Assembly: GCA_022447825.1 (NCBI GenBank)
Contig: JAKUTY010000001.1
Coordinates: 127,777 to 191,776 of the forward strand
Source of the DNA: SAR202 cluster bacterium
GTDB lineage: Bacteria; Chloroflexota; Dehalococcoidia; Lucifugimonadales; UBA826
Reading direction: 5' to 3'
DNA: 64,000 nt
A program made the translations under genes and the position numbers. Shown here one piece after another: positions 1 to 10,393 of the stretch; position 1 is the first letter of the stretch, and each line of letters starts with the position of its first letter. The notes below the pieces were generated by a model. The model was not told the origin of the DNA. It was given only the letters and a program-made list of their open reading frames with translations, and searched no databases.

Positions 1-990
1 CCCATACCAAAAAATCATAAAACTACAGAACCAGAACCAGAACCAAAGTAGTGATAACGCTAACAATAATTTACCTAGCCCATGAAATTGATCAAGAGTT
101 ATGTAATGTCTATATGGTCCAATTCTACTAACTATAAACATAGTTAACACAACAGTCGCTACACCGCCTTGTAAAGCATTGTGTGCATGCGTAATGGGAT
201 ACAAGGAATCAATCCAACCCGGAACATGAACCATCAAAAATTCAGTACTAATGAAAAAATGTGTGAGAATTAGCATCATAAAATACAAAGCTCCAAGAGC
301 TCCCATTCTGTGTCTTTGCCAATTCCACTGCCAAGACGAACCTTTCCATCCACGGGCTAATCTAGTTGCCCATTTTTTCCTCCAGCCATCTGGTGCATGA
401 TCTCGAACTAATGCCAAATCAGGCATTACAGAAACCCACAAAATAGCTAATCCCAAAACTATCAAAGTTAAAATTGATACTGTTGTCCAAATATGCCCTG
501 AAAATTTAATTAAAAACGGAAACCACCAATCACCTTTAGCTTCCCAATAAAACCACAAAGACCTTCTACCATTATCTAAACTCGGCATTACCCATAAAAG
601 AGGTAAAAACACTATTAAATTCATAGTTCCAATCAATGTCCAAATCTCTGCAACACGTGAAATAGACCTTCGCCAATGAGCATTGGCAACCCTAGGCCCA
701 ATTGCGACCATAGGTGCTCCAGCAGATGTAGTCATCAAAAAAGAAAATAAGGCTGCGTAATAACCAAAATCACCGGGATCTTTGGTCATAAAAATTTTCC
801 AAAAATACCCTAGCAATCCTATTCCAAATAATACGCCCAAAATTCCAGCAATTTGCCAAAATCTTTGACTAACTTTGTCATTATAAATCCCTAAAAACTT
901 CCCGGACATTTCTTTACGACTTTCTAAAGAATTATCTGTCTGAACAAATGGTTGTCCAGGATATTTTTCATCAAATATTCTAGTGGCCAT
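1..990 (-). CDS. NrfD/PsrC-type polytopic membrane (quinone-site) subunit, ActC-like; 3' end runs off the window start
   Basis: Absent from ORF track because no stop lies in the window. Manual check: + strand triplets 1-990 contain no TTA/CTA/TCA. ATG at 990 overlaps the upstream gene by 11 nt. Translation MATRIFDEKYPGQPF...LLWFWFWFCSFMIFWYG is W/F/L-rich with many hydrophobic spans. It follows the cytochrome, Mo-like and FeS genes. Confidence 0.7.
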   Translation of the reverse strand, partial: MATRIFDEKYPGQPFVQTDNSLESRKEMSGKFLGIYNDKVSQRFWQIAGILGVLFGIGLLGYFWKIFMTKDPGDFGYYAALFSFLMTTSAGAPMVAIGPRVANAHWRRSISRVAEIWTLIGTMNLIVFLPLLWVMPSLDNGRRSLWFYWEAKGDWWFPFLIKFSGHIWTTVSILTLIVLGLAILWVSVMPDLALVRDHAPDGWRKKWATRLARGWKGSSWQWNWQRHRMGALGALYFMMLILTHFFISTEFLMVHVPGWIDSLYPITHAHNALQGGVATVVLTMFIVSRIGPYRHYITLDQFHGLGKLLLALSLLWFWFWFCSFMIFWYG

Positions 991-1723
991 GATGCCCCTC
1001 AGCTGACTCATCAACTTTCTTTAAATAAATCACATTTGGACTGGTACCTAAATTCTCTAACAATCCAAATGCCCGTCCACCTTCCTGCATTTCTTTATTT
1101 TTGATTTGATTAATTTGACTATCTTCATCATTCCAATCACCAAAAATCAAACCATTGGTAGCACACGAATTAACACATGCAGGGTTTAGGCCCCTATCAC
1201 CATCTTCAAGTTCAACTGAGTCCCTATCAGCCAATCTAGTAGCTCGCCGAATACGCTGAACACAAAATGTGCACTTTTCCATAATCCCACGACTTCTAAC
1301 TGTTACATCAGGATTTAATTGATTTTTTAAACTCTCTGGCCATTCAGGCTCCCAAAAGTTAAAAAATCTAACGTGATAAGGGCATCCATTAGCACAAAAT
1401 CTAGTACCAACACATCTGTTGTAAACCTGAACATTTAAACCTTCATTATTATGATAAGTTGCATAAACTGGACAAACTGGTTCACACGGAGCATTTCCAC
1501 AATGTTGACAAATTATTGGAATAAACCTTGCTTTAACATCTGGAAATTCCCCTTCCCAATATCTCTCAATTCGAATCCACTGAATTGCTCGCCTTTGATT
1601 AAAATGAGCCTCCAAATTAGTAGGAATATTATTTTCTGACTGACAAGCAATAACACAGGCATTACACCCAGTACACCTATCGATATCTATTACCATTCCC
1701 CATTTGTGAGATTCTTGTGCCAT
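980..1723 (-). CDS. 4Fe-4S ferredoxin-type subunit of a CISM-family complex (ActB2/QrcC/PsrB-like)
   Basis: 247 aa with several Cys clusters (CTGCNACVIAC, CQHCGNAPCEPVCP, CVGTRFCANGCP, CTFC). No signal peptide. Sits 9 nt after the Mo-fold subunit. Confidence 0.85.
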   Translation of the reverse strand: MAQESHKWGMVIDIDRCTGCNACVIACQSENNIPTNLEAHFNQRRAIQWIRIERYWEGEFPDVKARFIPIICQHCGNAPCEPVCPVYATYHNNEGLNVQVYNRCVGTRFCANGCPYHVRFFNFWEPEWPESLKNQLNPDVTVRSRGIMEKCTFCVQRIRRATRLADRDSVELEDGDRGLNPACVNSCATNGLIFGDWNDEDSQINQIKNKEMQEGGRAFGLLENLGTSPNVIYLKKVDESAEGHHGH

Positions 1724-1732
1724 TTTTTTCTC

Positions 1733-3988
1733 CTAATGACTTTTGTCCGACTTACCATTTGTGATTTCAACAACATGATTATGTTCATCACGAGGAAAGT
1801 CAGGAACAGAATTTTCTAATTTTGGTAATCTAATATTTTCACCAGAAACAGTAATGTTTACTTTAGTAGCTCCCCATGCCAAGGCACCAGTTTGAGAATC
1901 AAAATTTAATCCCAAAATAGACAAAACATTAGAACCTCTTCCAGCTGAATATCTTCCACCATCCCTATGCCCTTGCCCAATTGGAACTCCCAGAATTCCA
2001 GGAGGAGTAGCAGGATTTGGCCATGCCAAAGCTTTAATCATAAGTCCGTTAGATGCACGAATTTCAATAACATCTCCTTCAGAAATATTCATTGCTTCAG
2101 CTTCTCTATAGTTCATTTCTACCCAAGTCTGCCAAGCAGCAGTAGATAGAGGGTCAGGCAATGCTTGCATCCAAGGAATAAAAGCATATCTGCCATCATG
2201 AAATGCAGAGGATACAAAAGGAATTAAATTAAATCTTCCATTTCCATTAAATGTAGGTTCATCAATATCAACTAATTGACCAAATTTAAAAGAATTATCG
2301 GATTTATAGTTGTGATCCCACCAGCCACCCCGAGCAAGTAAAGCATTCCAAAAAGAAGTAAATGAAGAGTATTTGGATCCATTAATATCGCCACGATTTA
2401 AGTCATACAACTCTTTAGCAGTATTCTTTAATACATCGACATAAGTTTCGCCACCTAATTGCAGGTCAACACCCATCACTTGAGATGTCGTCATCAGAAC
2501 TTCCGCAAACCCTTTAGTTCCAAGATTTTGTCCTCTTGATTCAAAAAATGGCCTAACAACTGGTTGTTGAAAACCTACAGTTTGATATCCTGGGCCTGCT
2601 AACGGAACGTCAGTACCCCAATCTTCTAAAAGTGAATTTTGAGGCAAAACCAAGTCCGCAATAGAAGTAGAATCGTCCATCATATTCCCAAAACTGACTA
2701 TCATAGGAACATTAGCAAAATCATTTTTAAATCCAGCTGAATCAGGCAATCCATAATATAAATCAGCGTCCTTCAAGAGCAAAAGCTCTATATCACCAGA
2801 CTTAATCTCATCAACAATTTCCATAAACTCTTGAGAAGAATTTGGTTTAGAAGAGGATAAACCAGTAATTGGGGGGTCAGGATTAAATATAATCCCACCT
2901 GATTTACCAACATTATTTACAGCTAAATTTAAGGAATATATGGCAATTAAGTTCTGCAATCCATTCGTGTTAGCGGAAGCAGAATCACCACCAAGTGCTA
3001 TAGGATGATCTGAATGAGAAAATTCTTCCGCAATATGCTTAATATCATCTACTGAAACACCTGAAACAGACGACACAAATTCAGGGGTGTATTTATCTAA
3101 TTTAGAAATATCTCCCGCAGAAAACTTTGAAGTATCAATCTCCCCGTGTAATGTCATTTCATGCATAATAGACATTGCCACCATCCCCTCAGTTCCAGGG
3201 TTAACATAAATCCATTCATCTGCATTTGCCGCAGTTGTGGAAAATCTAGATTCAATATGAATCAGCTTACCTCTGTGATCGTTTCCTTGCCTAAATTGTC
3301 CGTAGCCGCGCGAATATCTTGTAGGCGACACCCATGTATCCAAAAAATCACATCCAAAAGACAAGATTAAACTTGCATTATCAACATCAAAATCCGGGAT
3401 GCTTTTTTGGGCAAAAACATGATTCATTGCATTTAATAAATTAGTATGCTCTACAGGCTCAAAAGTCATTTGCCTGATTTGATTTGCAGAAACAAATTTA
3501 TCAAGGATTAATTTTTCATTACCATTAATCATATCCGTAACAATTAATGCTTTGCTAGAATCGGATAAGTTCTCAAAACTTTGGACCAGTCTCGCTATAG
3601 CATCTTCCCAACTGATCTCTCTAAACTCCCCAGAACCTCTAGCACCAGTTCTTACCAAAGGAGAACTGATTCTATCTGGATGATACAAGGCCTGAAGCAT
3701 CGCTTCAGCTTGAGCACTGTGAGCACCCCTATTAAGTGGATGGTCAGTATTACCTTCAACTTTCTTAGCTCTACCTTCCATTACCCTAACAACTATTCCC
3801 TGCGAGCTAACACCATCCTTAAAAGTAGTTGCATACCAATTATCTAATCCGGTTACCAAATCCTCAGGCATTTCGACAGAAGAATCTATCAAAAGCTCTC
3901 TTTCAGGAATACCACAAGCCTGAAACAGAACAGCAGCTCCAGCTGAACCTCCCATAAGTGTTAAAAATTGTCGTCGTGTAAGTGGCAT
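1733..3988 (-). CDS. Molybdopterin-oxidoreductase-fold subunit with Tat signal, probably cofactor-poor (ActB1/QrcB-like)
   Basis: 751 aa. N-terminal twin-arginine motif TRRQFL. The region aligned to the usual N-terminal CxxCxxxC...C FeS motif has no Cys (WYATTFKDGVSSQGIVVRVMEGRAKKVEGNTDHPLNRGAHSAQAEA). Confidence 0.8.
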   Translation of the reverse strand: MPLTRRQFLTLMGGSAGAAVLFQACGIPERELLIDSSVEMPEDLVTGLDNWYATTFKDGVSSQGIVVRVMEGRAKKVEGNTDHPLNRGAHSAQAEAMLQALYHPDRISSPLVRTGARGSGEFREISWEDAIARLVQSFENLSDSSKALIVTDMINGNEKLILDKFVSANQIRQMTFEPVEHTNLLNAMNHVFAQKSIPDFDVDNASLILSFGCDFLDTWVSPTRYSRGYGQFRQGNDHRGKLIHIESRFSTTAANADEWIYVNPGTEGMVAMSIMHEMTLHGEIDTSKFSAGDISKLDKYTPEFVSSVSGVSVDDIKHIAEEFSHSDHPIALGGDSASANTNGLQNLIAIYSLNLAVNNVGKSGGIIFNPDPPITGLSSSKPNSSQEFMEIVDEIKSGDIELLLLKDADLYYGLPDSAGFKNDFANVPMIVSFGNMMDDSTSIADLVLPQNSLLEDWGTDVPLAGPGYQTVGFQQPVVRPFFESRGQNLGTKGFAEVLMTTSQVMGVDLQLGGETYVDVLKNTAKELYDLNRGDINGSKYSSFTSFWNALLARGGWWDHNYKSDNSFKFGQLVDIDEPTFNGNGRFNLIPFVSSAFHDGRYAFIPWMQALPDPLSTAAWQTWVEMNYREAEAMNISEGDVIEIRASNGLMIKALAWPNPATPPGILGVPIGQGHRDGGRYSAGRGSNVLSILGLNFDSQTGALAWGATKVNITVSGENIRLPKLENSVPDFPRDEHNHVVEITNGKSDKSH

Positions 3989-4000
3989 TTTAATCCTTGT

Positions 4001-4636
4001 TTAATAATGACATGTAGCACAGTCAGTAGGGGCGTTGTGTTGTTTATGACAATCTACACAATGTCCCATTTTTAATGGCTCAACTTGTTTTACTCTTCCA
4101 TCCTCGGTACCGTGAACTTCTTCCATATTAGCGACATCACCATGGCACTTTGAACAAACTGCACTAGCCTCTATACCTTCTTTCTCACTGAAATATCTAA
4201 TGTGAGCCTCATGAACGAAATGAACATGATCTGGCACTCTATGAACTCTAATCCAATGGATAGACCTATCGTCTTCATATAAAGAACGCATTTTTGTAAT
4301 ACCGTCTAAACCATCCCCAACCGCGCTATGACATGTCATACACAATCCAGTTGTAGGAACATGAGCCGCAGCTTCTTTGTCTACACCGCGGTGACAAAAT
4401 GTACAATCCATTCCCAATTCTTCAACGTGTTTCTTATGAGGGAAAACAATAGGTTGTTCAGGACCCTCATTCGCAAAAATAACAGGTTGTCCATTCATCC
4501 ATGCAGTTAAAACAAAAGTTAAAGCAATAACAACACCACTAAAAATTATCAGACCAAAGAAGCCTGCAATACTTAGCAAAATCATTTGCTTTTTCGAAGG
4601 TTTTAATCTTTTAAATTCAAAATCACCAGGTAACAA
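4001..4636 (-). CDS. Membrane-anchored pentaheme c-type cytochrome (ActA-like)
   Basis: Five CxxCH motifs (CTFCH, CMTCH, CSKCH, CVDCH, CATCH). N-terminal hydrophobic anchor. TTG start with AAGGA SD about 8 nt upstream. Confidence 0.85.
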   Translation of the reverse strand: MLPGDFEFKRLKPSKKQMILLSIAGFFGLIIFSGVVIALTFVLTAWMNGQPVIFANEGPEQPIVFPHKKHVEELGMDCTFCHRGVDKEAAAHVPTTGLCMTCHSAVGDGLDGITKMRSLYEDDRSIHWIRVHRVPDHVHFVHEAHIRYFSEKEGIEASAVCSKCHGDVANMEEVHGTEDGRVKQVEPLKMGHCVDCHKQHNAPTDCATCHY

Positions 4637-4646
4637 TTATTTTTCC

Positions 4647-4946
4647 TTAAATCCACCAATCAGGGTAGATAATATTTAACACATCAATAGCAACAGTTAA
4701 TGAACGTATAAAAAAGTAGGCAGCGGCCCCTAAGAGAACAAACCCAAATCCATATATAGGTATTCTTAATTTAGTAAATACAGGGGGTAATTCATGAGCC
4801 TTCACGTGCGACGGAATTACATTATGAGTTAAAACCATATTGAGGGCAAAAAGCACCATAAACAACACGAAAAAACAAAAGTTGTCTACAACAATATTTA
4901 ATTGAACCCAATACTCTCGGGTAATGTATAGAGGATCGATTTCCAA
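4647..4946 (-). CDS. Small hypothetical membrane protein (2 predicted hydrophobic helices), first ORF of the respiratory operon
   Basis: 99-codon ORF in a stop-rich AT-rich intergenic context. Lies 10 nt upstream of the cytochrome gene and downstream of a near-consensus promoter. TTG start, weak SD, no recognisable family. Confidence 0.5.
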   Translation of the reverse strand: MEIDPLYITREYWVQLNIVVDNFCFFVLFMVLFALNMVLTHNVIPSHVKAHELPPVFTKLRIPIYGFGFVLLGAAAYFFIRSLTVAIDVLNIIYPDWWI

Positions 4947-5024
4947 TCTGTACCTTAACCTTTAGATAATTTGTTAGAAAGATATACTTAATTCTACTAC
5001 AATTACCTCTCTCAACGAGTGAAA

Positions 5025-5053
5025 ATTATCACATTCGACTTTTTGGGTGTCAA
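5025..5053 (-). promoter_or_regulatory. Sigma70-type promoter for the ACIII-like operon
   Basis: Minus strand reads TTGACA (5053-5048), a 17-nt spacer, then GATAAT (5030-5025). About 72 nt upstream of the ORF start at 4946. Confidence 0.5.
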
Positions 5054-5156
5054 GCACAAAAAATTGATTGGTAATAATATAAATTGAATTAAAGATAATA
5101 GATGATTAAACTAATTAAATATTCGCATTTATAGGCACAAAACAGGCATAATAGTT

Positions 5157-6083
5157 ATGGGACACCTAACTGATCTCAAAAATCACAGAATCAAAAAACC
5201 ATCTTTATTAGCTATTGGTGTATTCGATGGTGTCCATCTAGGGCACCAACATTTATTTAGTAATCTGATCAAAACATCAAAAGATAACAATCTATTATCA
5301 GCAGTTTTAACATTTAAAAATCATCCCGGTACAATTTTAAACCCAGATTTTCATGCACAACTCGTAACCACTACCCAAGATAAAATCAAATTAATAGAAT
5401 CAACTGGGGTAGACTTTGTTGTTCCTATTTCCTTCGATAAAGAATTATCACAATTAAGTGCAAAATCTTTCATAGAATTACTGCAAAAACACTTGAACAT
5501 GAAAGGACTTTCTGTAGGCCCTGATTTCCATATGGGAGCAAACCGTGAAGCAGATGTTTCTAAATTAAGCATACTTGGCAAAGATATGGGTTTTTTTGTA
5601 AATACCCCATCTTTATTTGAAAAAACCAAAATCCCCGTAAGAAGCTCTTCAGTAAGAAGTTCATTATTATCAGGAGATATCGAGTTAGCAAATTCTATTT
5701 TAGGAAGAAAATTCTCATTATCAGGAGAGGTTATAAAAGGATTTCAAAGAGGCAAAGATTTAGGGTTCCCAACTGCAAACCTGTCGTTTGATGGGAATCA
5801 AATAATTCCTAAAAACGGAATTTACGCTACGCAAGTCAAACTAAATAACTATTTATTCCATGGAGCTACAAGTATTGGTACAAACCCGACATTTAACAAT
5901 GAAAAAAAATCTATAGAAACATTTATTTTAGATTTTAATCGTAATATCTATGGGGAGAACATTACAGTAGAGTTTATCTCTAAGATTAGAGACGAAGAGA
6001 CCTTTAATTCTACAGAAGATTTAATCATCCAAATGGAAAACGATGTTAAAAAAATCCAACAAATTTTAAAAATAAATAATTAG
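5157..6083 (+). CDS. ribF: Bifunctional riboflavin kinase / FMN adenylyltransferase
   Basis: 308 aa. N-terminal GVFDGVHLGHQ nucleotidyltransferase motif and C-terminal riboflavin kinase segment (GFPTANL). Confidence 0.9.
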   Translation: MGHLTDLKNHRIKKPSLLAIGVFDGVHLGHQHLFSNLIKTSKDNNLLSAVLTFKNHPGTILNPDFHAQLVTTTQDKIKLIESTGVDFVVPISFDKELSQLSAKSFIELLQKHLNMKGLSVGPDFHMGANREADVSKLSILGKDMGFFVNTPSLFEKTKIPVRSSSVRSSLLSGDIELANSILGRKFSLSGEVIKGFQRGKDLGFPTANLSFDGNQIIPKNGIYATQVKLNNYLFHGATSIGTNPTFNNEKKSIETFILDFNRNIYGENITVEFISKIRDEETFNSTEDLIIQMENDVKKIQQILKINN

Positions 6084-6091
6084 GAAAAATC

Positions 6092-7279
6092 ATGCCACTA
6101 TACGAAACTAATGACATACTACAACGAGGTGTTGAAGAAATTATTGTAAAAGATGAATTCTTAAAAAGTTTCAATCAAAATTCACCACTAAGACTTAAAA
6201 TGGGATTTGATCCTAGTGCACCAGATATTCATTTAGGGCATGCAGTTGGATTAAGAAAACTTCGACAACTTCAAGAACTTGGGCACAAAGTTGTTTTAAT
6301 TGTTGGAGATTGGACAGCTCAAATAGGAGACCCCAGCGGAAGATCTCAGACTAGAAAAATGTTAACTTCTGAAGAAGTTAATTCAAATGCTCAAACATAC
6401 CTAAACCAATTCTTTAAAATCGTTGATAAAGATAGAACAGAAATAAGATGGCAAAGTGAATGGTTCGGAGATTTTAATTTAACAAACGTTATTGAATTAA
6501 CTAGTAATTTCACAGTTGCTCAAATTTTAGCTCGAGACGACTTTTCTAAAAGATTTAAAAGTAATCAACCCATCTCTGTTACAGAGTTGTTATACCCATT
6601 ACTCCAAGCATACGATTCCTTAGCGATTGACTCACAAGTTGAATTTGGAGGTACTGACCAAAGATTCAACTTACTTTTAGGAAGAGAACTACAACAAATC
6701 CACAATAAAAATCCTCAACATTGCTTTATAATGCCACTATTACCAGGCACCGACGGAATCCAAAAAATGAGTAAAAGCCTAGGTAACTATGTTGGAATTA
6801 ACGAAACTCCAAATGACATTTTCGGCAAAATAATGTCAATTCCTGACTCTCTAATAACATCTTATTATTATTGGTTGACTGATATTCCAACAAATCAAAT
6901 TAAAGAAATTGAAAAAGATTTAGAGAACAATTCAACTAACCCCATAAATACCAAAAAAAATGTGGCATTTGAAATAGTTTCAAATTTCCACTCACACAAT
7001 GAGGCAGTGGAAGCTCAATCATATTTTGAAAAAACTGTACAAGAAGGAGAAATCCCTACAGATATTCCTGAATATAATTTAAATCCTAATTCTCAAAATA
7101 ACTTAAGCAATATTTTGGTTGAAGCCGGTATTTGCCAATCATCAGGAGAAGCAAAGAGATTAATCTCTCAAGGTGCAATTAAGTTAGAAAATTCCACTAT
7201 CTCTAGCAATTTAAAAGAACAAGAACTTCAGTCAGGAATTTTAAAGGCCGGAAGAAGGAAGTATCTCCGATTTATATAA
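6092..7279 (+). CDS. tyrS: Tyrosyl-tRNA synthetase
   Basis: 395 aa. HLGH (HIGH-type) and KMSKS motifs. C-terminal S4-like domain (SSGEAKRLISQGAIKL). Confidence 0.9.
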   Translation: MPLYETNDILQRGVEEIIVKDEFLKSFNQNSPLRLKMGFDPSAPDIHLGHAVGLRKLRQLQELGHKVVLIVGDWTAQIGDPSGRSQTRKMLTSEEVNSNAQTYLNQFFKIVDKDRTEIRWQSEWFGDFNLTNVIELTSNFTVAQILARDDFSKRFKSNQPISVTELLYPLLQAYDSLAIDSQVEFGGTDQRFNLLLGRELQQIHNKNPQHCFIMPLLPGTDGIQKMSKSLGNYVGINETPNDIFGKIMSIPDSLITSYYYWLTDIPTNQIKEIEKDLENNSTNPINTKKNVAFEIVSNFHSHNEAVEAQSYFEKTVQEGEIPTDIPEYNLNPNSQNNLSNILVEAGICQSSGEAKRLISQGAIKLENSTISSNLKEQELQSGILKAGRRKYLRFI

Positions 7280-7362
7280 AGAATTACTTTCTTTATCATT
7301 ATGTACAGGAATGATAAAATTTAATATCCAAAGTTATTTTTAATGAGAAACTATGGTGATAA

Positions 7363-8448
7363 ATGAAAGATACTAACTTAAGAATTCCAGGACCTGTTCC
7401 ATTACCACAAGAGACTTTAGATTTGATGTCAAGTCAAATGATCAATCATAGAGGCCAAGAATACGCCGACATGTTAGATCAAATGACTAATAATCTTAAA
7501 ACTGTTTTAATGACAAAATCGGATGTATATTTCATCACTGCATCTGGTACAGGTGGTATGGAATCGGCAATAGTAAACACTACTTCACCTGGAGACAAAG
7601 TTTTATCGATCTCTATAGGATGGTTTGGTGAAAGATTTGCAGAAATCTCTGATGCTTATGGATGCGAAACTATCAAAATTTCTTTTGAATATGGGGATTA
7701 TGCTGACCCAGAAAAAATAAAACCTATATTAAGTGAAAATCCTGATATTAAAGCTGTTTTAATTACCCATAATGAAAGTTCTACAGGAGTAAGAAATCCT
7801 CTCAAAGAAATTTGTGAAATCATAAAAAACAATTCTGAAGCGTTAATATTAGTAGATGCAGTTTCCTCAGCTGCAGGATCAATAATTTCTACAGATGCCT
7901 GGGGAATAGATGTAGTGGCAACTGCTTCACAAAAATCTTGGATCGCACCTCCAGGGATATCCATGGTTTCATTCTCTGACAAAGCTTGGAAAGCCTACGA
8001 CAAATCAAAATGTCCTAAATACTATTATGATATGAATCAATACAGAGAATACTTGGAAATTGGGCAACCTCCATTTACTCCTTCTCTTACTACCATGTAC
8101 ACACTTCACGATTCTTTACATAAGATGGTGAGTGAAGGAATGGAGACTATATTTGATAGACATTCTAGAATTGCACAATTTACTCGTGACCTTGCAAAAA
8201 ATATAGGACTAGATATTTTGCCTATAGAAGCATATGCATCAGACACAGTGACAGCTATCAAGCTACCTGAAAATGTTGACGGCAAAATAGTAGTTAAAGA
8301 AGTAGAAAAAAATTACAATATTGTTCTTGGTGGAGGGCAACAAAAACTGGCTGGTAAAATTATTCGAATAGGGCATATGGGCTGGATTAACCAAGAAGAT
8401 ATAGAAGCATCAATCATAGCTTTGAAAGAAACCCTAGACAGATTATAA
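7363..8448 (+). CDS. Class V pyridoxal-phosphate aminotransferase (serine-pyruvate / alanine-glyoxylate type)
   Basis: 361 aa. Class V layout with putative PLP-lysine segment ATASQKSWIAPPG. Substrate not assignable. Confidence 0.7.
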   Translation: MKDTNLRIPGPVPLPQETLDLMSSQMINHRGQEYADMLDQMTNNLKTVLMTKSDVYFITASGTGGMESAIVNTTSPGDKVLSISIGWFGERFAEISDAYGCETIKISFEYGDYADPEKIKPILSENPDIKAVLITHNESSTGVRNPLKEICEIIKNNSEALILVDAVSSAAGSIISTDAWGIDVVATASQKSWIAPPGISMVSFSDKAWKAYDKSKCPKYYYDMNQYREYLEIGQPPFTPSLTTMYTLHDSLHKMVSEGMETIFDRHSRIAQFTRDLAKNIGLDILPIEAYASDTVTAIKLPENVDGKIVVKEVEKNYNIVLGGGQQKLAGKIIRIGHMGWINQEDIEASIIALKETLDRL

Positions 8449-8449
8449 A

Positions 8450-10264
8450 CTAGCTAGGGATAGAAGCAGGGGCAGAATTCAACAAATTCTTTAGTTCATC
8501 TCCCTCTACTGATTCGTGTTCTACCAAATGTTTTGCCAATGCAGATAACTTACCTAAATTATCATTCAATAAACTTTTCGCAACTTCATATGCATTCTGA
8601 ACCAAACCATGAACTTCATCATCAATAGTTTCAGCAATAGTGTCACTGTAATCTCTTTGTTCAGAAATTTCTCTGCCCAAGAAAACTAATTCCTCTCTTT
8701 TACCAAAAGTTCTAGGACCAAGTTTTTTACTCATACCAAGTCTAGTAATCATAGCCCTAGCAATATTTGTTGCTTGTTCTAAATCATTTCCAGCACCAGT
8801 AGTCACTTCATAAAACATGATTTCTTCTGCTACTCTGCCGCCTAATGCAGCGGCCAATCTAGCTTCAAGTTGATTTTGTGTAACTAAACTTGTCTCTTCT
8901 TCAGGTAAAAATCTTGTATGTCCACCTGTTTGACCTCTTGCAACAATTGTCACTTTAAATGGCGGATCAGCATAAGGTAAAAGATGGGCCACTAATGCAT
9001 GCCCAGCTTCATGGTATGCAACCATTTGCTTTTCTTTTTCAGATATATTCTTATTCTTTTTTTCAGGGCCAGCAATCACTCTATCAATAGATTCTGCTAT
9101 TTCTTCGTATAAAATCGTTTTCCTGTTTCTTCTGGCAGATAATATAGCTGCTTCATTAAGCAAATTCATCAAATCAGCACCACTGAAACCAGAAGTTTGT
9201 TTAGCTACTGCTTCCATATCAATTTTTTCATCAATAGGTTTTCCTTTAGCATGTACACTCAAAATCTGCTCTCTACCCTTAACATCAGGATTATCTAAAG
9301 TAACTCTTCTATCAAATCTTCCTGGCCTCAATAGAGCAGGATCTAAAATGTCTGGGCGGTTAGTGGAAGCAAGGACTATGACATTTGAGCCTGTATCAAA
9401 CCCGTCCATTTCTACAAGAATTTGATTTAATGTCTGCTCACGTTCATCATGACCACCTCCCAATCCAGCACCTCTCTGCCTACCGACAGCATCAATTTCA
9501 TCAATAAATACAATACAAGGAGAATTTTTCTGAGCCTGTTCAAATAAATCTCTAACCCTAGAAGCACCCACACCTACAAACATTTCTACAAACTCTGATC
9601 CACTAATAGAAAAGAAAGGAACACCAGCTTCTCCAGCAACAGCTCTAGCCATCAATGTTTTACCTACCCCCGGTGGCCCCATCAATAGAACTCCACGAGG
9701 GATTTTCGCGCCTAATTCAAGGAATTTTTGGGGAGATTTCAGAAATTCGACTACTTCCTTTAACTCTTCCTTAGCTTCATCAACTCCTGCAACATCGTTA
9801 AAACTGACTTCTGGATTGTCTGTCTCATATTTTTTTGCTTTAGATTTTCCGAAACTAAAGGTTTGACTTGTGCTTCCTTGAGCTTGTCTCATCATAAATA
9901 TAAGCAATCCACCAAAAAACAGTATAGGTAACAGGTTGAAGAAAATACCTATAACACTTCCTAATCCACTACTTCCTTTGACTGATATATCAACAGAACT
10001 TTGGTCATTTAATTGTTCAACAATACTAGACCCAGGTTCTTTTCTAGAGGTGTAGTTTTGGCCATCAAACCCTTCAGCAGATAAATTATCTCCACTAACA
10101 TCAATTGATTTTAATTTCCCGGCATTTGCCAAAGAAATCATTTGACTTACAGGAATTTCAGACGACGCTGAAAATGAAGGACTAAATACAGTAACAAACA
10201 CAGCTAACATAGCTGCAGCTATTAACATGTAAACAAAGATTCCCTTGAAAGAGCCTAATTTCAT
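8450..10264 (-). CDS. ftsH: ATP-dependent zinc metalloprotease FtsH
   Basis: 604 aa. Two N-terminal TM segments, Walker A GPPGVGKT, Walker B IDEID and the HEAGH zinc motif. Confidence 0.95.
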   Translation of the reverse strand: MKLGSFKGIFVYMLIAAAMLAVFVTVFSPSFSASSEIPVSQMISLANAGKLKSIDVSGDNLSAEGFDGQNYTSRKEPGSSIVEQLNDQSSVDISVKGSSGLGSVIGIFFNLLPILFFGGLLIFMMRQAQGSTSQTFSFGKSKAKKYETDNPEVSFNDVAGVDEAKEELKEVVEFLKSPQKFLELGAKIPRGVLLMGPPGVGKTLMARAVAGEAGVPFFSISGSEFVEMFVGVGASRVRDLFEQAQKNSPCIVFIDEIDAVGRQRGAGLGGGHDEREQTLNQILVEMDGFDTGSNVIVLASTNRPDILDPALLRPGRFDRRVTLDNPDVKGREQILSVHAKGKPIDEKIDMEAVAKQTSGFSGADLMNLLNEAAILSARRNRKTILYEEIAESIDRVIAGPEKKNKNISEKEKQMVAYHEAGHALVAHLLPYADPPFKVTIVARGQTGGHTRFLPEEETSLVTQNQLEARLAAALGGRVAEEIMFYEVTTGAGNDLEQATNIARAMITRLGMSKKLGPRTFGKREELVFLGREISEQRDYSDTIAETIDDEVHGLVQNAYEVAKSLLNDNLGKLSALAKHLVEHESVEGDELKNLLNSAPASIPS

Positions 10265-10393
10265 ATTTTCTCCATGAGATTTTTTTGTATGAGTCTTTTA
10301 TTTTACAGTAGTTGATCTTTACGGGTAAAGGAGACATTTAAATCAGTGTTAGTTTGCTATACTTGTATCAAATTTTTTTTAGCAGATCATAAT

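Noticed and set aside
27-47. Tandem hexamer repeat (cagaac/ccagaa x3)
   Set aside because: It lies in frame inside the NrfD-like gene and simply encodes WFWFWF in a transmembrane segment.
1733-3988. Calling the Mo-fold subunit a catalytic polysulfide/thiosulfate/tetrathionate reductase
   Set aside because: The N-terminal Cys cluster motif expected in catalytic Mo-bisPGD enzymes is absent, and the operon has a pentaheme cytochrome. An ACIII/Qrc-type scaffold is the better reading.
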